Below, piece by piece: positions 9,024 through 17,670 of a stretch of DNA of 64,000 bases (position 1 is its first letter; every line of letters starts with the position of its first letter). Position numbers and translations under genes: made by a program. The stretch lies in the NCBI GenBank assembly GCA_025930755.1, contig JAICOJ010000006.1, positions 7,109 to 71,108 on the forward strand. Direction: 5' to 3'. This DNA comes from Gemmatimonadaceae bacterium (GTDB lineage: Bacteria; Gemmatimonadota; Gemmatimonadetes; Gemmatimonadales; Gemmatimonadaceae). Below the pieces are notes generated by a model that was given only the letters and a program-made list of their open reading frames with translations, made no database searches and was not told where the DNA came from.

Positions 9024-9972
9024 CGCCGCGCTGCGGTGGACATTCGGGCGTGTCGGCGAGCGTCATGCGCAGATCCGTCCATCGCACGCGGGCGCCGAGA
9101 TCGATCAGCCGTTGATATGCGCCCAGGAATTCGGTTTGAACGCGAAGCGCAACGCGCCGCGTTCCGCTCCGACGCGCGTAGTCCATCAGCACGTCCGCTA
9201 GCCGCTTGAGATCGTCCTCGCGCTCGAGCGCGAGCTTCAACACGCGCATCTCCTCGCGAACGCGCCCCTCCACCAGCGGCGCGGTGTGGCACAGGGCGAA
9301 CCCAATCAGCCGTCCACGGTCGCGGAGCAGCACCGTGTCGCCGAGCGCCAGCTGATCGGTGAGGACGATCTCCCGAGTGAAGTCGAAGCCGGGGGCGAGG
9401 CCGTTGGTGAGCGCCCGACACTCCTCGATGGCATCGTCCTTGTCGCGTGGGGGGAGCCGCCCGAGAAGACTGGGACCAGTGCCGAGCGAACCCGCTTCGA
9501 GTGTGAGGGTGATCGTCAGGCGACCCGGGACGAAGCCGAGCGCGGAGTAGAAGCCAATGTTGTCCATCGTGCGGGGCATGGTCTCCAGCCCGATCGTGGC
9601 CGCGCGACCCGCGCGCAACCAGTCGACGCCGCCGCGGACGATCTCCTTCCCCAGCCCGACACCTTGCCAGTCGGGGCGGACGGCGAGCGGCCCCATCCAT
9701 CCCTCCACGCCGGAGCGGTGGGCAATGTTGAAGGCGACGATGTCGTCCCGGTCGTCTCGCCACACCAGCGCTCCCCCCCCGGCATCCTCGATCGCGTAAC
9801 GCCAGATCGCCGGATTGAGAAAGGGAACCCGGACGCCAACCATGCCGTCGCGACGATACCGCTCGCTGAATGCGTCGCTGAAGACCTGATTGAGGCCGCC
9901 GATGTCATCCAGGCCCGCGGGCTCGGGACCATCCGCCTGATGATGGGTTCGCCACGTGCGCGCCGTCGCCAT
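8998..9972 (-). CDS. GNAT-family N-acetyltransferase (two-lobed, 324 aa)
   Basis: An acetyl-CoA-binding-type segment is present: VRPDWQGVGLGKEIVRGGVDWL. A second GNAT-like half has LCHTAPLVEG... Its ATG (9972-9970) overlaps the sbcC stop (9974-9972) as ATGA. Confidence 0.75.
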   Translation of the reverse strand: MATARTWRTHHQADGPEPAGLDDIGGLNQVFSDAFSERYRRDGMVGVRVPFLNPAIWRYAIEDAGGGALVWRDDRDDIVAFNIAHRSGVEGWMGPLAVRPDWQGVGLGKEIVRGGVDWLRAGRAATIGLETMPRTMDNIGFYSALGFVPGRLTITLTLEAGSLGTGPSLLGRLPPRDKDDAIEECRALTNGLAPGFDFTREIVLTDQLALGDTVLLRDRGRLIGFALCHTAPLVEGRVREEMRVLKLALEREDDLKRLADVLMDYARRSGTRRVALRVQTEFLGAYQRLIDLGARVRWTDLRMTLADTPECPPQRGVIWSNWEI

Positions 9973-12443
9973 CAGTCGCCGGCCTCCGCCTCCTCGTACA
10001 CCTCATCCCCCACGACCGCTGGCGTAAACAGGTCCGGCAGCTCCGCGGTCTGCTGTTCCACGACCGAGCATCCGGTCTCCTCGTCGTACCGCACCGAGAT
10101 CACGCGATCCACCCCCTCGCGTACCTGCTCGATGTGCGTGATGAGAATGACCTGCTCGAAGCGGCCCTGGAGACGGCGCAGCAAGTCGAGCACGTTGGCG
10201 CGTCGTGCCTCGTCGAGTGAGCCAAAGATCTCGTCGAGGATGAGGAGCGAGAACGGCTGGCCGGCACGTTCGGCGATCATCTGAGAGATCGCGAGGCGCA
10301 GCACGAGGTTCGCCAGGTCCTCCTCGCCGCCGGAGATGACGGGCTTCGGCAGGCCGTCCTCGAGCACGACGATGTTGTAGCTGTCATCGAGCTCGAGCTC
10401 GCCGTAGCGCCCGTCGGTGAGGTCGCTCAGAAAGCCGCTGGCGAGCTCGGAGAGCTCGGGACGCAGCTGGAAGTTGAGATCGGTACGCAGATCGGTGAAC
10501 GCGCGGTCGAGCTCATCGTGAAGCACCTTCCGCTGGGTGAGCTCGCCGAGCATTCGCTGCCGCGAGGCCAGCTCGGCCGCCACCCCGTGCGCGCGCTCGA
10601 GCGCAGTGTGGGCACTGGCCTCCTCTCCCCGCGCCTGCACCAGTGCCAGCTCGGCCGCGTGCGCCTCGGCTGTCGCGCGCTCGTATTCGGTGCGCAGCGC
10701 TTCATGCTCCGATTCGCGGATCGTCGTCTCGTCGCGCCGGCCCTGCAGCACCGTGAGCCGTTGGCGAATCGACGCGAGCCGCTCCGCCGCGGCGGCACGC
10801 TCGCGCTCGACCTGCGGAACCCGCTCGAGCTGTGCACTGAGCCGCGCCGCGCGCGCATCGAGCGGCGTGAGACGCTCGAGCTCACCGCGGAGGAACTCGT
10901 GCCGCGCCGCATCGTACCCGGGGGGAATCGCCGTGAGCTCCGCGTTTACCTGGGCCGCGCGCTCGTCCTTGCCGGCCAGATCGGACTCGACGTGCGCGAG
11001 CTCCTGCACGGCGAGCTGCACCTTCGTCAGGCGACGCTCCAGCGTCGACACTTCCAGCGACATCGCGCGCCGCTGCTCGTCGAGGGCCTGCACATCCTCG
11101 GGCATCTCCATGAGCTGCTCGAAGCGCGCCTTGTAGTAGTTCCCATCGACGCGCACGGTCTCGATCTGCTCATCGAGAAGATCGAGGACCGCACGATAGG
11201 TGTCACCGAGCGGCCGGGCGCAGGTGGGGCACGCGCCCTCGGCGCCAAGGCTCACGATGCGGTCGCGCTGCTCCTTGAGCTCCGTGTACTGCTCGCGCAG
11301 CGATTGCCGCTTCGTCTCCGCCTCCTGCCGGTCGCGCACCCACTCGGTGCGCCTCGCCTCGAGGAGGCCGTCGGTCGCCTCGAAGTCGGCGCGCTTGGCG
11401 ACGAGCGCGGCATCGATCTCCGTTTCGAGCGTCGGTGCGTTCTCGAGCTTCGCGCGACGATCACGCAGACGGACGAGATCCTCCGCGAGCGCGGCTTGCG
11501 TCTCGAGGAGCGCGCGCCGCCGCCCCTCTTCCCGCGCGAGGACATCGAGACGCTGGAATTCCGATGCCAGCAGGGCGAACGGCTCGAGCTCGCGCCGCAG
11601 CTGGTCCAGCTCGGCACGCGCACTGGCGGCGTCGGCGAGATCGCGCTCCAGCCGCTGCACCTCGCGATGTTCGGCGGCCTCCTCCTGCTCCGCGACGCGC
11701 AGGTCGGCGAGCAAGGCCTGATGTGCCTCGCGAGCGCGCTGTGCTGCTTCCCATCGTGGCCGCACCTCGTCGAGCGCGGTTTGCGTCGCGTCGCGACGAC
11801 GCTGGGCGAAGCGGGCACGATCGCGAGCTTGTTCCAGCCGCGTTTCGGTCTCGGCCACCTGACGGGCCACGGCCTCGGGGTCGCCCATCCCCTGCTTCAG
11901 CCCCGCCATCTCGGCGACGATGGCGCGGCGCCGGTCGCGCGCGATTTCCTGCGCCGCACGCAGCCGCTCGTAGCCCAGCACGCGCGAGAGGAACTGTGCG
12001 CGCTCCGTCGGGCTCATCGCGGCCATCACGCTGATCTCTTTCTGGCCGGTGAAATACGTGTTGAAGAACTCCTCGCGCGTCATGCCGAGCCGGCGCGTGA
12101 GGACGTCCGTCACCCCGGTGATCGAGTCGGCGATCTTGTTTTGAGCGCCATCGAGGTAGAGCTCGGCGTTCGTCAGGCCGCGAACGACCCGGTAATTATG
12201 GCCGCCGAGATCGAAGTCGAGCTCGACGCGCACTCCCGAGCGCGCACCAGCGCGGTTGAAGCGAATGGAGTCGCGCGTGCCTCGAGCGGCGGGGTTTCCA
12301 TAGATCGCCCACGCGATCGCCTCGAGGATGGTCGTCTTTCCGGCGCCATTGGGCCCGATGATGCCCGTGACCCCCGGACCGAACTCCACCCGGCTGTCCG
12401 CGTGCTGGCGGAAGTTCTGGAGGACGACCCGGTTGAGCTGCAC
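9972..12443 (-). CDS. sbcC: SbcC/Rad50-family SMC-like ATPase
   Basis: It has Walker A GPNGAGKTTILEAI, long coiled coils, a zinc hook GACPTCARPL, a signature motif SGGEEDLANLVLRLAI and Walker B LLILDEIFGSLD. Confidence 0.9.
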   Translation of the reverse strand: MQLNRVVLQNFRQHADSRVEFGPGVTGIIGPNGAGKTTILEAIAWAIYGNPAARGTRDSIRFNRAGARSGVRVELDFDLGGHNYRVVRGLTNAELYLDGAQNKIADSITGVTDVLTRRLGMTREEFFNTYFTGQKEISVMAAMSPTERAQFLSRVLGYERLRAAQEIARDRRRAIVAEMAGLKQGMGDPEAVARQVAETETRLEQARDRARFAQRRRDATQTALDEVRPRWEAAQRAREAHQALLADLRVAEQEEAAEHREVQRLERDLADAASARAELDQLRRELEPFALLASEFQRLDVLAREEGRRRALLETQAALAEDLVRLRDRRAKLENAPTLETEIDAALVAKRADFEATDGLLEARRTEWVRDRQEAETKRQSLREQYTELKEQRDRIVSLGAEGACPTCARPLGDTYRAVLDLLDEQIETVRVDGNYYKARFEQLMEMPEDVQALDEQRRAMSLEVSTLERRLTKVQLAVQELAHVESDLAGKDERAAQVNAELTAIPPGYDAARHEFLRGELERLTPLDARAARLSAQLERVPQVERERAAAAERLASIRQRLTVLQGRRDETTIRESEHEALRTEYERATAEAHAAELALVQARGEEASAHTALERAHGVAAELASRQRMLGELTQRKVLHDELDRAFTDLRTDLNFQLRPELSELASGFLSDLTDGRYGELELDDSYNIVVLEDGLPKPVISGGEEDLANLVLRLAISQMIAERAGQPFSLLILDEIFGSLDEARRANVLDLLRRLQGRFEQVILITHIEQVREGVDRVISVRYDEETGCSVVEQQTAELPDLFTPAVVGDEVYEEAEAGD

Positions 12444-13643
12444 CTAGCCGCCGAGTGTGGGTGGAGACCCCGCGGACGCAACGCTCGCGGCCGCATCGGC
12501 TTCCTGCAAATAAAACGTCCCGAGCTGCACGAGCGCGTCACGATCGACACCCGGAGCGAGCGTGCGCTTGCCGATGTACGACTCGACCGTCTCGCGAAGC
12601 GTCGGACGACGGCCCGGTGCGCCGCTCGCGGCGAGACGCATCATCTCCGGACGCCGGGCGTCGAGGTGGAAGTGGAGCGCGCGCCGCTTGTAGTCGCGCA
12701 ATGCTTTCTGGTCCAGTTCCCGCGCGACGTGTCGTGGGATGTCCCGCACGACGAGGCGCACGATCTTCTCGTCGATCCCGTCCTCGCACTTCTCGACCGC
12801 ATCGCGAATGGCGCTGTCGAGCTCGGAGGCCGTGAGCCCGCGCGCAGGAACCGCGGGCAGGTCGACGAGCCGGCGCGACGGGTCGAGCGGGTGGAAGGTA
12901 TGGACGCCCCGCTCGAGGTCGAACTCGATAAAGCCCTTCCCGGGCAGTCCTCCCACTTTTTCCTCGATCAGCTCGCCCCAGGGATTCGTGCTCGTGTAGT
13001 CGACGGAGCCGGAGTAGTACATGTTCGGCGCGATCTGCCGGTGCACGTGGTAGTGCCCCAGCGCCACGTAGCTCCACCGCGGAGCGCCGATCGCGTCGAG
13101 CGGGATTTCCATCGCCGCACGGTCCGCCCGCACGGCCTCCGCCGGCAGCATGCCCTGCACTTCCCCGTGCAGCAGCAGCACGTTGTGCCTAACGCCCGGC
13201 TCCGGGAGCAGCGCGGGATAATCACCGAGGCAGTCGGGAACGGCGAGGATGGCCAGGTCGCGCTCGGGAAACGTCAGGCGACGAGGCTCCGAATCGACGA
13301 CGTGAACCCCCAGCACGGTGAACAAGCGCAGGATGCAGCCCGTCTCGGTCGCCCGCGGACGGTCATGGTTCCCCGCCACCATGACGACGATCGCCTGCGG
13401 CACCGCCCGGGTCAGTCGAGCCAGCTGGTTGAACGCGTGGATGATCGCCGGGTTCATCGGGCGAACGGTGTGGAAAATATCCCCCGCGAACACGACGACG
13501 TCGGGCTCGAGGGCGATGATCCGGTCGATCGCGCTCCGAAAGGCGTTCGCGACGTCCGCTTCGCGCTGATTGATTCCGGATTGCGTCAGGCGGTGGTACT
13601 GACGGAAACCGAGATGCAGGTCGGAGATGTGAACCAGGCGCAC
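12444..13643 (-). CDS. sbcD: SbcD/Mre11-family nuclease
   Basis: The calcineurin-like phosphoesterase motifs are present: ISDLHLG, FAGDIFH, AGNHD, LLLHGEV and ALGHYH. A GAGGA sequence lies 5 nt upstream of the GTG start. The stop directly abuts the sbcC start. Confidence 0.9.
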   Translation of the reverse strand: MRLVHISDLHLGFRQYHRLTQSGINQREADVANAFRSAIDRIIALEPDVVVFAGDIFHTVRPMNPAIIHAFNQLARLTRAVPQAIVVMVAGNHDRPRATETGCILRLFTVLGVHVVDSEPRRLTFPERDLAILAVPDCLGDYPALLPEPGVRHNVLLLHGEVQGMLPAEAVRADRAAMEIPLDAIGAPRWSYVALGHYHVHRQIAPNMYYSGSVDYTSTNPWGELIEEKVGGLPGKGFIEFDLERGVHTFHPLDPSRRLVDLPAVPARGLTASELDSAIRDAVEKCEDGIDEKIVRLVVRDIPRHVARELDQKALRDYKRRALHFHLDARRPEMMRLAASGAPGRRPTLRETVESYIGKRTLAPGVDRDALVQLGTFYLQEADAAASVASAGSPPTLGG

Positions 13644-13701
13644 GCCGTCCTCGGGGAAAATTCGGCTAACTGTAATACTCCTAAGAGGATAGCGTGTGCG
13701 C

Positions 13702-14547
13702 TCACCGCTTGTCCATAGTGCGTTGCCGCTGCAGCAGGCGCATCTGCATCTTCACCGGCTGGAGGCCGCTTCCGGGGGGCTGGGCGATGTGCGAGCGCAT
13801 GGACATTTCGGTCGAGGCGTCAGTAACCCACCCCCGGCCGCGGTCGAGAACCATGTAACCGGTGACCGTCCCACTCATCGTCATGCGCGCCCCACCGCGA
13901 ATCGGGGCTGCCGTCGAATCCCGTGTGACGGTGCCGCGCATCGAGATGTGGGCAAGCTTCCCGCGGCGCGTGAGCGAGTCGAGCCGGAAGGTGGCCTCGA
14001 GCGTTCCGGCAACCTGGCCCGGGCCTGTGTCGGGAATGGGGATGCGCTGCTTCCACGTGCTGCCGATCGCAACCGCCTGGCGTGGGAACGTGGCCGGGAG
14101 CTGCGAGAAGACCGATTGAAGGTCGCGCGGGATGTCCGGGTCCGCCTCGATCACGATTCCCGAGCCCTCGCGCGAGAAGCGGACGCGAACCTCCTTCCCC
14201 TGCAGCGATCGGCGCGCCTGATCACTGAGCGTCGCGACGCGCGGGTCGATCGCACCCATGTCCACCGCTACCGAATCGGTAATCGATCGCACCGTCGTGC
14301 CCTCGTTGTCCGACTCGATCACGATGGACCGGGACAGCATGAGCATGGACGAGCGCATGGTGATCGTCGTGTCGGCATCGCGAACCTTGCCGACGCCCGA
14401 GATCTCCATTTCCTGCTCGATGCGGAGCCGCAGCGTGTCGCCGACCTTGGGCTTGATCTGCAGCAGCACGCTCTGCGCGTGCGCGCCCGGAGCGATCGAG
14501 GCGACGAGCGCGACCAAGGCGGTGACGCGCCTCACGAGGGTGAGCAT
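13702..14547 (-). CDS. Hypothetical exported protein
   Basis: The N-terminal signal peptide is MLTLVRRVTALVALVASIAPGAHA-QS. Composition is beta-rich and GC3 is good. The start lies 3 nt after the herA stop. Confidence 0.6.
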   Translation of the reverse strand: MLTLVRRVTALVALVASIAPGAHAQSVLLQIKPKVGDTLRLRIEQEMEISGVGKVRDADTTITMRSSMLMLSRSIVIESDNEGTTVRSITDSVAVDMGAIDPRVATLSDQARRSLQGKEVRVRFSREGSGIVIEADPDIPRDLQSVFSQLPATFPRQAVAIGSTWKQRIPIPDTGPGQVAGTLEATFRLDSLTRRGKLAHISMRGTVTRDSTAAPIRGGARMTMSGTVTGYMVLDRGRGWVTDASTEMSMRSHIAQPPGSGLQPVKMQMRLLQRQRTMDKR

Positions 14548-14550
14548 GCG

Positions 14551-16515
14551 CTACACGCCGTAGGGATCGTCGGCCGGCAGCCCACGAAGGGGCGTGGCGG
14601 CAACGGGTGCCTGAGCGGGCTGCGCCGGGATGATCGTGCGGAGTCTCGAGGCAAAAAAGCCCCTCACATCCTTGGGACGCGCCTGAAGCGTCGCGTTGCG
14701 CGCACGAATGAGGTCGCCCTCATCGTACAGAGCGACCATGTCCTGCACCCAGGCCAGCGGCACCCCGGGATCGAGCTGGCGCAGCGTTCGCAGCAGCGAT
14801 GCCTCGAGCGTGCTGTCGGTCGCCTGCGGGAATCGCTCGACACCATCGCGACCCCGAAGCACGGCCGGGCGCGGAAACTTCAGGAAAATCGGCTGCGTGA
14901 AGTGCGGATGACGCACCATCAAGTCTCCCTTGGCGAGCGTAGCCAGCTTCGTCCTCGTTGCCGGGCTGAGCACGGCGTAGCCAGGCGTGGCCAGCTCGTC
15001 TCCATCCATGCGTCCGAACAAGGACGTCCCGCTATTGCCGACGACGCGGCGATGGACCTGGGACCGGAACTGTTGCGCGCCGAACAGCACCAGCCCGAGA
15101 TACCGTCCACGCTCGGCGATATCGAGCAGCATCTTCCGCACGTAGGTGTCGGGGCCATCGGCCGGGGCGTATTTGTTCAGCTCGTCGACGAACACCACGA
15201 CGTGGCTGACGCCGAGATCACGCCGCTCGAGGTGTTCACGAAGCTTGGACACGATGCGCGCGAAGATGAGATCCTGCGCGTCCTCCTCGGCGGCGGCGAC
15301 GTCAATCACATACACCGTGCGATCCTCGAAGGTCCCCCACGGCAGGTCGCTCACGGAGCCGTCATCGGTGACGAGACCGGCACATCGCAGCGAAATGTTG
15401 GAGAGCCGGTTGCGTACCTTGCGGATGGTCGCGATGTGGTGCGTTTTGTACCCCTCGCTCCCCTTCCCCTCGAGCATGAGGATGATGTCGCGGAACCAGC
15501 GCTCGAGGTCGGCGAAGGATTGCACCCGGTAGACCTGCCCCGGCAGCAGCTGCGGATCCTTGTACTCCCGGTCGAGCACCCGCTCCTTGATGAAATCGAT
15601 GAGCGCGTCCGCCTTCGCGTCCACGTCGTCTCGATTGAGCAGCACTTCGGCGAACTGAAGCACTTCGCGAAGCCCCCAGGTGAGGGGGCTGACGTTGTGC
15701 ATCAGCGCCTCATTCGAGCGCAAGGTGTTCAGTGACGTGAGGTTCGCCTTGTAGGGGGCGAAGTACTGCACTCGATCGAACGGGCGAGGGGGGACGGCGA
15801 GCCGGTGGTACATCGCCAGGTCGTTGGCGTCGAGATCGCCCGGCTGGTCGAGATAGCAGAGGTCAGGGCCCTTGACGTTGAAGCACACCGCGGCCACGGA
15901 GCCTTTGCTCGCCGGGAAATGCGCGAACAGCGACGCGAGAATGAACTCGACGGCGCTCGTCTTCGTCGCCAGTCCCGACACGCCGGTGATGTTGAGATGC
16001 GCCGCCTCGGGGCCGACGAGAAAGTCGGCGTCGAGATAGATCGGGGAGTCCATGCCGCCGGCGCGGTACAGGCCGATGGGGATGGCCGTCCGCGTCTCGG
16101 GTCGCGTGTAGGTGTCCATGCGCAGCGCGAGCGTCACGTCCTCGTCGCTGGCGAGGAAGACTTCGCCCATGGGCACGGGTTGCAGGGGCTCCTCCGGAAT
16201 TTGTCGAAGGACCGCCGCGGTGTAGAGGCGCACCTCCGGCCGCTCGGTCGGGGCGATCGCGGAAGAGCGCGGATCGCCGTCATGACCGAGCACATCATGC
16301 AGCGGCGAGAGCAAGTCGGTGAAGCTGAATCCTTCGACGACGACACCGTACACGCGGGGAATGTGCCCTTCGACGGCGTGCGTCCCCTCGACGCGCACGA
16401 TGGTGCCGATCCCGATCGGCGAGTCGACCGCGGTCCAGAAATGGAACTCGTGAGGCGTGTTGGGCTTGCGTTCAGTCGCGACGACGCGGCCGAGCGGTGA
16501 AGTCTGTTCAGGCAT
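14551..16515 (-). CDS. herA: HerA-like (FtsK/HerA superfamily, DUF87-type) ATPase
   Basis: The N-terminal barrel-like region is GRVVATERKPNTPHEFHFW...GTIVRVEG. The P-loop region reads NITGVSGLATKTSAV, and a Walker B-like motif reads HVVVFVDELNKYAP. Size is 654 aa, and the gene is next to a NurA-like gene. Confidence 0.75.
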   Translation of the reverse strand: MPEQTSPLGRVVATERKPNTPHEFHFWTAVDSPIGIGTIVRVEGTHAVEGHIPRVYGVVVEGFSFTDLLSPLHDVLGHDGDPRSSAIAPTERPEVRLYTAAVLRQIPEEPLQPVPMGEVFLASDEDVTLALRMDTYTRPETRTAIPIGLYRAGGMDSPIYLDADFLVGPEAAHLNITGVSGLATKTSAVEFILASLFAHFPASKGSVAAVCFNVKGPDLCYLDQPGDLDANDLAMYHRLAVPPRPFDRVQYFAPYKANLTSLNTLRSNEALMHNVSPLTWGLREVLQFAEVLLNRDDVDAKADALIDFIKERVLDREYKDPQLLPGQVYRVQSFADLERWFRDIILMLEGKGSEGYKTHHIATIRKVRNRLSNISLRCAGLVTDDGSVSDLPWGTFEDRTVYVIDVAAAEEDAQDLIFARIVSKLREHLERRDLGVSHVVVFVDELNKYAPADGPDTYVRKMLLDIAERGRYLGLVLFGAQQFRSQVHRRVVGNSGTSLFGRMDGDELATPGYAVLSPATRTKLATLAKGDLMVRHPHFTQPIFLKFPRPAVLRGRDGVERFPQATDSTLEASLLRTLRQLDPGVPLAWVQDMVALYDEGDLIRARNATLQARPKDVRGFFASRLRTIIPAQPAQAPVAATPLRGLPADDPYGV

Positions 16516-16531
16516 TCAACTCTCTGTGCTC

Positions 16532-16632
16532 AACGGCAAAGAGGACAGAATCCAGAACATAGCATAGAGAATACAGAAGTGTCGTTGCTGAATTCTGCAT
16601 TCCGTATTCTGAATTCTGTCCTCTTTGCCGTT
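16532..16632. repeat. Long palindromic element (CAGAAT-type family, copy A) between nurA and herA
   Basis: The outer clamp aacggcaaagaggacagaat pairs with attctgtcctctttgccgtt (20 perfect bp), followed by imperfect arms of cagaat-like units. It starts 3 nt after the nurA stop (16635-16637) and ends 17 nt before the herA start (16515). Confidence 0.8.
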
Positions 16633-16634
16633 TC

Positions 16635-17633
16635 TCAGGAAATGGCACGCAGGAACTCTTCACACTCCCGCACGGGATACGCCATACGGTCCCACCGGGA
16701 ATCCGGGAGCGCCAGTGGTGCGCGCTCGGCGAGCACCCACCGCGAGACTTCATCCGCGCGCGCCGAGGCATCCTCGGTCTCCGCGACCTCGACACGCACG
16801 ATCCCCCAGAGCGCGTCGTGCGCCACGCCATCGCGCAGGCGCAGGTACCAGGAGTGCACGGGCGTCCGATTGCGCGGGGCGATCCGTACCACGGGCGTAC
16901 GCTCGCCGCACGCCAACCCGAGAATCACGTCCAGGAGCGCCGCCGACGCGTAGAGCTGACGGTGGGATTTCACGATTCCTACCGCGCAGCTGTGCGTCCC
17001 GACGATTTCGCTGGCCGAGATGCTGCCGTCTACCAGCAGTGGCTCACGCATCGTCTCGCACCACTGCTCGGCCAGGGTGCGCTCGGCGCGCTCGCGGTCG
17101 CGCTGCACGGCGTGCAGCGCTTGCTCCGTCACGTGGGCAGGATGCCGGGAGAGGACTCCGTCGTCGTCCGCCCGTGACGTGTCGACGAGGTCAAGGCCGC
17201 CGAGGCTGTGGCGTGTTTCCGCGTCGAGCGCCGAGAGGGGCGCATAGATACGACACTCGACGATCGGATGCTGCCATGTCGTGAGGCGCCGATCCACTCG
17301 GCGCTTGACGACGGCGGAGACGCGGCCCCAGACAATGGGAATTCCTCGCGAGAGCGTTACCACTCGGCTCTCCTGGATGCCATCGAGAAAGGCACTGAAC
17401 GCGGGCGCCGGCGACCCCGGTACAGGGCGCGCCACCGTTGCATTCTCAACGCGTTGCGCGTCTATGACCCGGGGTGCCTCATGAACACCCTCGAGCCGCT
17501 CGAGCGTGGGTGCCGTGCTGGTGACGGTGGCGACGCCGGGCACGCGATGCGCGAGGATGCGCACCGCGTCGTGGAAAGTTGCCACGGGTATGGAGGGGGG
17601 GTAGGTTGCCCGCTGCCTCTGCTCCACTGCCAC
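16635..17633 (-). CDS. nurA: NurA-like nuclease
   Basis: An LLVDGSI motif followed by IVKSHRQLY is typical of NurA, and the gene is adjacent to herA. The track ORF runs to 17912 but would overlap the divergent lipoprotein gene. I chose the GTG at 17633, and the start remains uncertain. Confidence 0.6.
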   Translation of the reverse strand: MAVEQRQRATYPPSIPVATFHDAVRILAHRVPGVATVTSTAPTLERLEGVHEAPRVIDAQRVENATVARPVPGSPAPAFSAFLDGIQESRVVTLSRGIPIVWGRVSAVVKRRVDRRLTTWQHPIVECRIYAPLSALDAETRHSLGGLDLVDTSRADDDGVLSRHPAHVTEQALHAVQRDRERAERTLAEQWCETMREPLLVDGSISASEIVGTHSCAVGIVKSHRQLYASAALLDVILGLACGERTPVVRIAPRNRTPVHSWYLRLRDGVAHDALWGIVRVEVAETEDASARADEVSRWVLAERAPLALPDSRWDRMAYPVRECEEFLRAIS

Positions 17634-17670
17634 CGTCTCAGGTCCCGCCGATCGGCCGCCTTCGGCAGCC

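Noticed and set aside
10518-13718. 1066-aa plus-strand ORF
   Set aside because: It is antisense to sbcC and sbcD. Its translation is Arg/Leu/Gly/Ala-rich with no motifs, whereas the minus strand carries unambiguous Rad50/SbcC and Mre11/SbcD motifs. This is a typical high-GC antisense artefact.
13696-15735. 679-aa plus-strand ORF
   Set aside because: It is antisense to the exported-protein gene and herA. It is low-complexity and Arg-rich, and the opposite strand has the recognisable domains.
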